This document shows, in pieces, positions 44,285 to 60,194 of a stretch of DNA of 64,000 bases. The number at the start of each line of letters is the position of its first letter. The first letter of the stretch is position 1. Source of the DNA: the human T2T-CHM13v2.0 reference genome, Homo sapiens. The position numbers and the translations under genes are program-made. The stretch is from assembly GCF_009914755.1 (NCBI RefSeq), contig NC_060947.1; one strand, 5' to 3'. The notes below the pieces were generated by a model that ran no database searches, had not been told where the DNA came from, and saw nothing but the letters and a program-made list of their open reading frames with translations.

Positions 44285-45120
44285 TCAATTTAAGGAATAT
44301 GTGGACATAGTCTGGTAACCTATCTCATGCCAGACTTCCCAATATGAAACACTGTTCCTTTTAGTTTCTTAAATATATGAAAATATCAGGTATCGCAGGT
44401 CTGTCAGTCCTCATCCCTCAACCAGGAAGAATGTGATTCTATCAGAAATACTCATTTTTTCCCAGAAAGCCAAAGTCTATTCATTTCTTTTCCCAAAAGC
44501 TTTTGTAGCTTCAAATGAAGTAAAATAAAATGCTGTTGTTTTCAGTCATTTTATAAGGACTGTGAGTAACTGCTAAATGCTAACAATCTGTTAAAACCAG
44601 CAGAGTTCACACCCTAACTTTCAGCATTTTTCCTAAAACCTATAACAGATTTGTAATGGCAGTAGTTTCAGAAGAATGCAAAACTCAGGATTATGAAGAC
44701 AGAGATACATGATTTAGGCAGGGTTAAGTTTCAAAAATTGTGAGATGCAAACTTTCCCTGTTTAATCTTCAGGTAGCTAGTACCCTAAACACACCAACCA
44801 CAAAGAATTGTATTTGTTAGTACACTTTTAAATATAATTAATTTGTATCATTGACTTTACACCTTTTTCTCCCCTACCACTCTTTTGTCACAGAAAATCT
44901 GCAACATCATTGTTTTGCAGCAGCAGCTTCCACAGAGTAGTCAGCTTTTACCAAAGCCATCCAATGGTACTACAATCCCAACAGAAACAAGATAGCCTTC
45001 TCTCAGTACCTCTGGATCCATTTACAGCTCTATCAGTCAAGCTACAGGTTTTTAGCGGGCTAGAAAAGCTGTTGGAGCCCCATATCAGATTGTTCTTGGC
45101 GACCATGTTATGGATCCATC

Positions 45121-45342
45121 CAGAGGCAGATTTACTGTGAAGCTAATAAAGTTAAAGCTTCAGGGCCCCTGATTTGCACAGGTGCCTTCCAAGGCTCTGA
45201 GAGTCACCCTAGCAATGTCTTCACATGGACACATACATGCTTGTGTAAAATGTGCAAAAGTAAAGCATTCATATTATTTTTATTAAAAATGGCATGCCAT
45301 ATTTTACAAATTTCAGGACCTACAAAACCTGGATCTAGTTCT
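45121..45342. mobile_element. Zaphod/MER115-like hAT-Tip100 deletion derivative
   Basis: 'cagaggcagatttactgtgaagctaat..aagcttcagggcccct' and terminal 'ttcaggacctacaaaacctggatct'. Confidence 0.65.
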
Positions 45343-46269
45343 AAGTCTACTATATCATAAACATATTCTAGTTCTTAAGTAATTAGGATCCTATGGACTA
45401 GGCTCTAAATAGACAAACTTTTTATTCCATATTTGCTTATAGTAAATAACGTTAGTTACGTAAAGTGTGATTCTCAAGTCTGCAGCTTTGAGGTCAGGTC
45501 AGAATACAAAGGAAAGAAACTATTTTCTTCCTCTTTGTTTAATCTAAAGAATGGTTTTCTTCATTTTACTGTTTTGATGGGAATTGTTGGTTATTTTCTT
45601 CCTTTTGGAGTCACAGGGAGAGAACTGGCTCATGAAAATAGCACTCTATTTCAGCAGTCTTCCCGTTTCTAAGCTCCGTCCCTACCAATACGAGCTGTCA
45701 TGACCCATACCCAAACTCTGTTTTCTCTTCTGTCCTAGTTAATAGTATTTAATCAAGATCTAAGTTGAAATGAATGCATTAAGTAGCCTTCATGCAAGGC
45801 TAAATTTAGCACAATAACACACCAGTGTTCGAATCTTATCTTGAAGCAATGCTGACGTTATTTACACTTACTCCTGTAAGCAATGTCTCTAGACAATTTT
45901 AAATGAAAAAAAAAACCTTGATTCAGTACTCAATATCTAAAATTTCAAACAGAATAATGCATGAACATATGTTCCCAGAGAAAATTACTTGTAGTAAACA
46001 GAAGTTTGGGCTTTCTTTCTGTCACGGCTTCAGAGCCGCTTGATTCCATAACAAAAAAACACTTCTTCAGTTCTCACTGGGTTCATGGTATTATGCTAAA
46101 TGTTTCCATGATTTGATGCTGTTTAGGGAAAATAGGCCTCCTGTTCTTTGAGTACAGAACCTCCAATTAAGTGTTTGAGCTTCACATGGCTGCTCATAAA
46201 TCAGAAAACACAGAGCTGAATAAAACTAGAATTAAAAATTACTCTTTAAAATTTGGCTTAAACAAAATA

Positions 46270-47215
46270 AATACTGAAAATGTTGGATTATAACTCATTG
46301 TATATATAAAATAATTATCCATGAGCCCATATTGAAATGAAAAAATTATTGACTAGGTAAATACACGAGAGAGAAGAGAAAGTTTATATCTACTGGTAAA
46401 TGAGTACATTTAATTTTAATTACTTTTTTGTACTTCAGGTAACTTAATAAACTTCTTTGAAATCCTTAAAAAAAAGAAAAAGAAAAAGTATACTACGCAG
46501 GTAGTAAATGTAGAAAAAATTGATGAAAATAGAAAATCACTATTTGGCAAACACCACAGTAATAATTGTTTCAGATAAGAATCATTCATGTATGCTAAAA
46601 TCAGTGGACAAAAGTATTATGAAAATCAGGATATTTGCATAGTCTCAAATTATTTCCCCAATAGTTAATTGTCAAGAGAAAAAATACTGACTTCAGAGTG
46701 TAGAATCCCTTAACGCAATGATCAAAGTTAATACTACTAGTAATGGGAAAAATGGACATTATATGTTTTCTGAAATGATGCACTGAAAAGCACACATTTT
46801 TATTTCTAGGGTATTTCTACCAAAATGCATAATCTTATAGCAAACCAAGTTGAGGAATATTCTACAAAATAACTGCCAGTACTCTTTAAAGGTGTCACGG
46901 TGACAAAGACTAAGACGCTGTTCTAGTCTAAAGGAGAGTAAGGAGATATGACACTAAATGTAACATATGACCCTGAATTATTGTCTGGATCAGAAAAAGC
47001 CTATTAGTGGAACCACTGGTGAAATTTAAGGTCTGCAGATTAGATATTACTATTATATCATTAATTTCCTCTTCTTGATAATCATACCATGGTTACATAA
47101 GCTAATAATGATTGGAGAATTTGATAAAAAGTATTTAAGAATTGGTTGTATAATTTTTGCAACTTTTTTATAAGCTTGAAACTGTAAGATACAAAGTCAA
47201 AAAAGTAAAAAACAA
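46270..47215 (+). mobile_element. L1MC-like 3' region
   Basis: 'agaaaatcactatttggcaaacaccacagtaataattgtttcag', 'aatgatcaaagttaat', 'gaggaatattctacaaaataactg', A-rich end. Confidence 0.75.
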
Positions 47216-47379
47216 ATGTAAATATTGGCTTATATTTTTCAACACAACAGATGTGTTTGCTCTGTTATTAACTTGCTCTCACAATGCTTCCTAATATTGG
47301 CTAGGGGAAATTCAGTATATCATGTATTGAACCCATCTCACATGCTAGCTATGAAAAGATGTGGAAGACCCTAAAATGA

Positions 47380-47650
47380 GTAAAGACCTCTACTCAGGTC
47401 TCAGTGTAACAGGGAAAAAAGACATAACCAACTAAGATGAACAGCTGTGATCAGTGTTGTAAGAGACAGGCAGATAGTGTGTTATAGGCACTCGAAAAAA
47501 GTTTAGTTCCTGCTTTGAAGTGTTAGGGAAAATGCCATTGAAAAATTAATTTTCAGGCTAGGATTTGAAGGATGGTAGGATTTTGACAAGTACAATTTGA
47601 GGTAACGGGCATACAAAGCTAAGAGAATAGCATGAATAAACCTTGGAGGA
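47380..47650 (-). mobile_element. L2 fragment
   Basis: 'gttagggaaaatgcc...aggctaggatttgaaggatggtaggattttgacaag...gagaatagcatgaataaa'. Confidence 0.55.
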
Positions 47651-47799
47651 GAAAAAAAAATGAAAGACCACCCCTCCCCATATGTCCCAATAGAGCAAAT
47701 TTGTACATCTTGTTACAGGCCATATTATTGGGCTATAATTTGATTATTATAAATTTTTATTGTTCATTAAACTGCAGACTCATTCCCACAAACCACTCA

Positions 47800-47960
47800 A
47801 TTTGAAAGATGCCTTAGAGATCTTACCCAACCACCTCATTTTGGTGCTGGAAAAAATGAAGAGGCTCTTCTAAGGCCTCACGAAGTTCGCAGCAGCAGTA
47901 GGGCCAAAACCCAGAGCTCTTGTCTCCCAATTTAGTGCTTTATCTACTCTAACACTGTGA
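47800..47960 (-). mobile_element. MIR3-like fragment
   Basis: 'gccttagagatcttacccaaccacctcatttt...gtctcccaatttagtgctttatctact'. Confidence 0.55.
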
Positions 47961-48429
47961 AACTTTTAAATAAGCATTGTAATGTCAGTCAGGCACATTA
48001 CTGTGCAGACACAGGAATCTTCATACTGGCTTCTTCAGACTCCTATCTTCCTAGAATTTAGTTGTACTGCAATTCTGCTCTCCTTTCCCTGTGCCCCTCC
48101 TATATTCATTATAAAGTTTTACATTGAAGATGGGTAGAGGCACAGTTTCAAGGCACTCTGTGACAGCCAGCAAGTAGCCAGCTATTTATTAGCTAACTTT
48201 GATGGGACTAAAGTTCTATTCTAATAAACCCACTCATGGGCTCCTTTCTTCTGCCTATAATTGGCTGATGAATCATTCTTTAATCTGAAACAAAACAGTC
48301 AACAGAAAAGCCAAATTATCTTGTCATTGTATCTCTTCAGGTAAGTCTTCATAACCATCCTACACACCCTTCCCTCAGAATCAAATGCTTTCCTTTTTGA
48401 ACAAATGACTTATAAATTCTAGAAATGCA

Positions 48430-48612
48430 GCTGTGCACAGTGGCATGCCTTTACTGCCAGCTACCCATGCCAGGTTGACATGGGTGAAGAAATCACTTGA
48501 GTCCAGGAGTTCGAGGCTGCAGTGGGCTATGATCATGCTTGTAAATATCCTCTACACTCTAGCCTGAGCAACATAGCAAGATCTTGTCTCTTAAAAAATT
48601 AAAAGATAATTA
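48430..48612 (+). mobile_element. FAM (fossil Alu monomer, 7SL-derived)
   Basis: Monomer retaining the 7SL-like segment 'ctatgatcatgcttgtaaatatcctctacactctagcctgagcaacatagcaaga'. TSD aaatgca. Confidence 0.75.
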
Positions 48613-51084
48613 AAAATGCATTTGCTGAAAGAGTAATGTCCCCAGAAAGCATGAAGCCAGGCCAGGGCACTTATGAAGGAGAATGAGGGAGTTAGGTTGG
48701 AGGTTACGGATGAATTCTTTCTACTCCTTACACAACTAACTGATTGTATCCATTCTGAAGGCATATATCTGAGAATTTGTTCCTTGCTAAACAAACAAAC
48801 AAACAAACAAAAATTTCCTATTTTTCTCAATATATCACTCTCTCATCTGTGTTGATGTAGAAAAGATCTATTCATGTAGCATAAGCAATTATGAGAGGGA
48901 GGCAGTGGGGACTTAGAAGTCTTCTCACCTCACTGCTCACTAGATCTGCAGGGTCAAAGGGAGATCTAGAGATCCCTTTGTAAATCTAAGCAGTTTGCCA
49001 GTAAATCTTATGATTCCCATTGCAGCAGAAATACCCCCTGTCATGCACAAAGCCAAGGTTAAATTCATTTAAATTTGAACCCAAGTAACCAGACTGGCCA
49101 TGAATAACAATGATAAAAGCACAAAGCACAAAGAAATGATGAGGATGGAAGCAAGACTTTGTGGCTTTTCAGCAAAAGAAACACTGTCTTCCATGGTTAA
49201 TGAGTCATTAAAAGAAAGCAGCTACCTCTGTAACTCTCACATTTAGGAGCAGCTGCTGTTATGAATTAGAATCACAACCAGAGCATCAGGAAGTCTTGAC
49301 TTCTAGAGTGATATGCATATATGTATCCTCAAAATTGTTGTGTCCAAATAAATATAGTGAAAGAAGTCAAGATTATAGTTGCCTGTTACCTTTCTTATTT
49401 TTGGCACGTTGTCTCCATGTTCCCTATTTCAGTTCTTCCCCATTGGCAAAAAGGCCTAGAGAGTGATACACTTGATTTCAGTTCTCTCTTCCTACTTACC
49501 ACTACTATCTGCTCCTTCCTCTCCCACCACTAACAGTTGCCTGTCCTCTGTCCCATTTTCTCAGGACCTTCTAAAAGAAGAACTAGATGACTTGGTTGAG
49601 ACTGATGACTGTGTAATATGTTCCCCTCTCAGATAACCTTTATATTCTAATAATGCCCTTTAATCCTTTATCAAAAGAAGTAGCAAACTAGGAAAGGGGT
49701 TACATTTTGGGGACGGAATGTGTCTGATTGCTCTTCACATCACCACATGGAGCTTGCCATATATTTCACCCTATGGGTAAGGTTGGCCTGGTATAATAGA
49801 GCACCACTTGAATAGTAATAATAGCGAAGATGCCCTAAACAGCTTCCTACTGTGTACTCCATAGATATAGTCTAATAAGTTAATAATGCAGAGCATAAAT
49901 ATCTAAAGCTGAGTTGCTAATATGTGGTCGTTTCACTGAGAAGAAAGTTACTAATTTGAGTTTTACTTGAATTATCACCATCCTTCCAACACACATACCT
50001 CCTTGCTACTTCCCCTAGGATTGCTGAAATAGCCTCTCCTCAATCATTTATTATCTATCTTGCTCATTCCCACCCCAGTCTGGATGCTGCTAATTAGCTG
50101 TCTTTATGGATGGATACCATCTGAAAATTAAATAACGAGAATACTAACAAGGTAATCTTTATCTTATGTAGCTGCTTTGTAGACTCTTCTAGCCATTCTG
50201 AGCCAGGGAATGTCTTCATAATTCAACTGTTATCATAAGAATATAATTTTCTGCTTTATATCTTGGCTACAAAACAGTATTTGAGATGGCAAATTAGAAA
50301 TTGAAAGCCACTTCAAATAAACAGCACCATAGTCAATATGTTACTCATTCCTTTATACAGTTCCTGTAATAGGTTCAATGACAGAGTTGGGCTTCTCAGC
50401 CCTGGGGAGGCAAATTTTCTCCAGGGACAGTATGACATTCTGCAAAGGGAAATTATCTTTAATTATTAACTATAGGAAATAAATATAACTCAGACAAGCA
50501 TTTTTAGGAAGCAGGTGGGTCAAAGTCAAACTGATGACAAGGTTGTCCTGACTTTCCCCCCAAATCAGAAATAATGCAGGAGTGTATATGTAAAGTATGT
50601 AGGTGGTTAGAAAGCCAAAGACAGAGTACTCTCAAATAAGTGTCTCAACTTACAAGGCTCAGGCAGAAGCTGAATGAAAAATATATTTCCTACACAGTTC
50701 TCTGAAGGTCAGACCCCAGGAAGAGTCCTTTTTGTAGTAGGGAATTCCAAAGGTAGATGTGCTATTTTGGCTCAAGAACAGAGCATTTTCACAATCTGAG
50801 TGATGACAGGTATACAATTTGGATAACAACATGATTAGAAATACCCATTGATCAGCTGTGTGTTAAGGGAGGCAGAAAGAATGAGAAGTTCTTAATTCAC
50901 TCATAGGGAGATGACAATTGACTGAGAGTCCAAAGGGTTCCATTATGACATTTTACTTACATGCCTGAATTTAAATTAACTGTTATAAGAGGAAGAGACA
51001 AGCATCTCAGAGCTGTGCAGTAGGAAAAAGTCAAATGTTAACATTTTAAACATGCTTATGAACAAAGTTGACAAATTTACTTGC

Positions 51085-51520
51085 AAGGCAGCATAGAGTA
51101 TCAGGAGAAAAAGCTAGTCTAGATAAAAGAATGTTTGAGTCCTAGTTCTAGCGTCTACTATTGGTTGGCTATGTGTTCTTGGACAATTTACTTCCCCTTT
51201 CTGGGATTCAGTTTCCTCAATTTAAAAATAATTGGTTTTCTCTCTATTAGTATTTTTCAGACCTAATGAAAAGGTGGAGGGGGGCAATAGGGGGTTGCCT
51301 GATTTTTATCTTAGCAATAATGACACTTTAAAAGATACTTTAAAAAATACCATACCATCTGCTATTACCGTCATATGTTAACTGAAGATAAAATGGTACT
51401 TACCTGACAGATTTGTTGTGAGGATTAAATGAGTTAATATATGTGAAGTGTTTAGAATAGTTCCTGACACATAGTGAATATTTCATTTATGTTATTGATA
51501 TTACTACCATTATTATTAAT
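51085..51520 (+). mobile_element. MIR fragments
   Basis: Head/core at 51085-51240. Tail 'ttgttgtgaggattaaatgagttaatatatgtgaagtgtttagaatagttcctgacacatagt' at about 51370-51520. Confidence 0.7.
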
Positions 51521-52555
51521 TCAGTACATAAATATATTTAACAGATAATTTAAAAATATATAACTATAGGAAAAATAAGTATTTCAATTAATTAAATTCA
51601 GCTTTATGAACAATTCAATATATCCTTATTTTTTTTGTGGAAAATTCTCATAGACCAGGACAAGTCTGGCATTTGGTAATTACTGGACTGGGTGATCTTA
51701 AAAACTCACTTCCATCACTAATGTTCTATTTAGAGGGTTCATTTAAAACTTAAAAATAACTAATTGATAAATAACACATTGAACTTTATGGGTCTTCATA
51801 ACATTTACCAGTATTAATTTGAGTTAATTATGGCAAAACCGAGAAATTTGAAAACCTATTTTTGTGGCCCCTTACTAACTTTAGAAGATTCTCTTTCCCT
51901 TTATCCACTTATAGCTTATTCTGTCATGTGTTTTCACTAATTCCTGCTAAAGCCTTTATATCATTAAAACTTTAGCATTGCCACTAAGAATGTCGACCAC
52001 TGACATTAACCAGCTAATTGAATTGAAGCTCCTGAAAAGTGCAGCTCTTGGGACAGAGGTGGAGGTGGAAGGTAATCTGTTAAAGGCTGGATTCACAAAG
52101 TTTGCTAGCTGGGTGAATGTTCATCTGAGGGTCATTACATTGCTGCAAGTAAAGTATGCAGTTAAGGCAAAGAAAAAAAATCCTGTGAAATTAAATATAC
52201 TAAATGTTCACTTCATTTACTAATTTCTATGGTATTTTATCTCACGAAATATTTTCCATATAAAGTTAATACTAACAATCCAGTCTTGCCTCCAACTTCT
52301 TCCTCACATGAAGTTTCTATTTAGCTAAAATTCATTTCTTTTTATTATTATTATTATACATTAAGTTCTAGGGCACATGTGCATGACATGCAGGTTTGTT
52401 ACATATGTATACATGTGACATGTTGGTGTGCTGCACCCATTAACTCATCATTTACAATAGGTATTCCTCCTAATGCTATCCCACCCCCTCCCCCAACCCC
52501 ACGACAGGCCCTGGTGTGTGATGTTCCCCACCCTGTGTCCAAGTGTTTTCATTGT

Positions 52556-56198
<3,643 letters not shown>

Positions 56199-56261
56199 TA
56201 TGATGTTAGCTGGTTATTTAGCCCGTTAGTTGATGCAGTTTCTTCCTAGCATCAATGGTCT

Positions 56262-57287
56262 TTACAATTTGGCATGTTTTTGCAGTGGCTGGTACTGGTT
56301 GTTCCTTTCCATGTTTAGTGCTTCCTTCAGGAGCTCTTATAAGGCAGGCCTGGTGGTGACAAAGTCTCTTAGCATTTGCTTGTCTGTAAAGGAGTTTATT
56401 TTTCCTTCACTTATGAAGCGTAGTTTGGCTGGATATGAGATTCTGGATTAAAAATTCTTTTCTTTAAGAATGTTGAATATTGGCCCCCACTCTCTTCTGG
56501 CTTGTAGAGTTTCTGCCGAGAGATCAGCTGTTAGTCTGGTGGGCTTCCCTTTGTGGGTAACCTGACCTTTCTCTTTGGCGGCCCTTAACATTTTTTCCTT
56601 CATTTCAACCTTGGTGAATCTGACAATTATGTGTCTTGGGGTTGCTCTTCTCAAGGAGTATCTTTGTGGTGTTCTCTGTATTTCTGGAATTTGAATGTTG
56701 GCCTGCCTTGCTAGGTTGGGGAAGTTCTCCTGGATAATATCCTGCAGAGTGTTTTCCAGCTTGGTTCCATTATCCCCGTTACTTTCAGGTACACCAATCA
56801 GACGTAGACTTGGTCTTTTCACATAGTCCCATATGTCTTGGAGGCTTTGTTCATTTCTTTTTACCCTTTTTTCTCTAAACTTCTCTTCTCTCTTCATTTC
56901 ATTCATCTGATCTTCAATCACTGATGCCCTTTCTTCCACTTGATCAAATCGGCTACTGAGGCTTGTGCATGTGTCACGAAGTTCTTGTGCCATGGTTTTC
57001 AGCTCCATCAGGTCATTTAAGGTCTTCTCAACACTGTTTATTCTAGTTAGCCATTCGTCTAATCTTTTTTCAAGGTTTTTAGCTTCCTTGCGATGGGTTC
57101 GAATATCCTCCTTTAGCTCAGAGAAGTTTGTTATTATGGATCTTCTGAAGCCTACTTCTGTCAACTAGTCAAAGTTACTCTCTGTCCAGCTTTGTTCCTT
57201 TGCTGGCAAGGAGGTGCGATCCTTTGGAGGAGAGGAGGCACTCTGGTTTTTAGAATTTTCCACTCTTCTGCTCTGGTTTCTCCCTAT
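56262..57287 (-). pseudogene. L1 ORF1, disrupted
   Basis: 238-aa open piece at 56448-57164 (coiled coil, RRM 'RLIGVPE', 'ARREW'). Start codon ATG>ATA at 57285-57287. Premature TAA at 56448. Confidence 0.93.
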
Positions 57288-57289
57288 CT

Positions 57290-58344
57290 TTGTGGTTTTA
57301 TCTCCGTTTGGTCCTTGATGATGGTGACCTACAGATGGGGTTTTGGTGTGGATGTCCTTTTTGTTGATGTTGATGCTGTTCCTTTCTATTTGTTAATTTT
57401 CCTTCTAACAGTCAGGTCCCTCAGCTGCAGGTCTGTTGGAGTTTGCTAGAGGTCCACTCCAGACCCTGTTTGCCTGGGTATCACCAGCAGAGGCTGCAGA
57501 ACAGCAAATATTGCAGAACAGCAAATATTGCAGAACAGCAAATATTGCTGCCTGATCCTTCCTCTGGAAGCTTCATCTCAGAGGCGCACCTGGCATTATG
57601 AGGTGTCAGTTGGCCCCTACTGGGAGGTGTCTCCCAGTTAGGCTACACAGGGGTCAGGGACCCACTTGAGGAGGCAGTCTGTCCATTCTCAGAGCTCAAA
57701 CACCGTGCTGGGAGAACCATAGCTCTCTTCAGAGCTGTCAGACAGGGATGTTTAAGTCTGCAGAAGTTTCTGCTGCCTTTTGTTCAACTATGCCCTGCCC
57801 CCTGAGGTAGAGTCTACAGTGGCAGGCAGGCCTTATTGAGCTGCGGTGGGCTCCACCCAGTTGGAGCTTCCTGGCCACTTTGTTTACCTAGTCAAGACTC
57901 AGCAATGGCGGACGTCCCTCCCCTAGCCTTGCTGCCGCCTCACAGTTTGATCTCGGACTGCTGTGCTAGCAGTGAGCAAGGCTCCGTGGGTGTGGGACCC
58001 ACTGAACCAGGCGTGGGATATAATCTCCTGGTATGCTGTTTGCTAAGACCATTGGAAAAGCACAGTATTAGGGTGGGAGTGTCCCGAGTTTCCAGGTACC
58101 ATCTGTCATGGCTTCCCTTGGCTAGGAAAGGGAATTCCCCCACCCCTTGTGCTTCCCAGGTGAGGTGATGCCACACCCTGGTTCGGCTCACACTCCATGG
58201 GCTGCACTCATTGTCCAACAAGTCCCAGTGAGATGAAACTGGTACCTCAGTTGGAAATGCAGAATCACCTGTCTTCTGCATTGCTCACACTGGGAGCTGT
58301 AGACTGGAGCTGTTCCTATTCGGCCATCTTGGAATGATCTCTCC
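57290..58344. promoter_or_regulatory. L1 5'UTR sense promoter and antisense promoter
   Basis: YY1 motif gccatcttg at 58323-58331. Function is inferred from family knowledge; many CpGs have decayed. Confidence 0.6.
57905..58168 (+). CDS. L1 ORF0 homologue, open, 87 aa (expression unproven)
   Basis: MADVPPLALLPPHSLISDCCASSEQGSVGVGPTEPGVGYNLLV... aligns with recalled L1HS ORF0 (MAGAPPPASLPPCSLISDCCASNQRDSVGVGPSEPGVGYSLVV). Kozak context gcaATGg. Confidence 0.6.
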   Translation: MADVPPLALLPPHSLISDCCASSEQGSVGVGPTEPGVGYNLLVCCLLRPLEKHSIRVGVSRVSRYHLSWLPLARKGNSPTPCASQVR

Positions 58345-58419
58345 GCTAAAATTCATTTCTTAATGTTGCTTATGCTTTCATTATTTGCCTGTGCCATTCC
58401 TTTTCTTTGGAAAGCATCA

Positions 58420-59048
<629 letters not shown>

Positions 59049-59151
59049 CAGTTGTGGCAAATTTATATCTCATTAAATCTAACCCAGTTTGGGGTCATGG
59101 ACTTGCTGGAGTCACGGAGGCAGCACCACCTTAATACAAATCAGTGTGCCC

Positions 59152-59229
59152 AACATCTCATATATAAATATACACAACTACTATGTATCTGTAAAATTTT
59201 AAAAAAATACTAATAACAAACGAAAAGGT
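59152..59229 (+). mobile_element. Tiny L1MA-type 3' tail insertion
   Basis: 'catctcatatataaatatacacaactactatgta' plus an A-rich tail, between aaatcagtgtgccc / aagtcaatgtgccc repeats. Confidence 0.55.
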
Positions 59230-60080
59230 AAGTCAATGTGCCCCTCACAGTCTTAGGCTGTTTTATATCATAGGTAGTAGGGAGTGAAAGATGTGTTTAA
59301 AAGCTCCCACATGCCTTACATGCCTCCCCATAGGTTGTCTGGCATGTAAGCTAACTCACCTTCTTAATATGCTCCTGGAAATGAAAAATTATAGCACAGC
59401 TTTGTGCCCAGCTCAGTTGTCATTCTACATAGCAGTGGCTCCATCCTCTGCCTATTAAGGACTAGTATTGACTTCCTCAACTATTATGACGGTTGAATGG
59501 ATTGAGCAGGTTACTGACAGTGCAAATCCCTGAGAGCAATCCTCTTATTTCTGACAATTTATTTGCAGTAGGCAATGCTTGGTAAGGTATTCCACATCAC
59601 GGTACCTATAGAAAATAATACTCTGTATAGCATACTGGAGTAAACAGACAAGGCTGTGAGGAATCAGAGGTAAGTCTGCCCCAAGGCATCCATTACTCCA
59701 GGCCCCAACTGGCCACCCTATGGACTGAGGAAAAATCAGTAGCTCAGCACATCTGAAACCCATTCCCACCAGCTGAGAAGCTCTACTATACATCATAGAA
59801 TAGTGTCATAATGGCAGCAACCAGCTTGAATTTGATAAACAAGGTAGTATGCCTGTTGGAGCCACTAGTTCTAGAAGATAATATATGTTGAAGGTGGGAG
59901 GTAAAAAGGGAAGCCAAGAAAATAATCAATCAATAAATAGAATTTTCAGTGAGTTCCTAAACCCAAAGAAATTTTATAAACTTCAGTTGCTGCCTCTCTC
60001 AAATGCATATAAGGTTAAAGAGCAATAAAATGGATTGGTGATACCCACACTTCCTGTCCAGACCATTGCAAATAGTCCAG

Positions 60081-60194
60081 GTTGACAATGAAATTAGTAA
60101 TTAAATAAGCAAGAGGATAAAGCCAGAGGAGGTGCAAGTTGACAATGAAATTAGTAGTTAAATAAGCAAGAGGATAAAGCCAGAGGAGGTGCAA
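60081..60194. repeat. 57-bp tandem duplication (2 copies, 1 mismatch)
   Basis: gttgacaatgaaattagta(a/g)ttaaataagcaagaggataaagccagaggaggtgcaa at 60081 and 60138. Confidence 0.95.

Noticed and set aside
46425-46446. Other YnCAG|GT motifs (46439, 44771, 25138)
   Set aside because: Weaker donors or pyrimidine tracts, and one lies inside an L1MC relic, so they are expected by chance.
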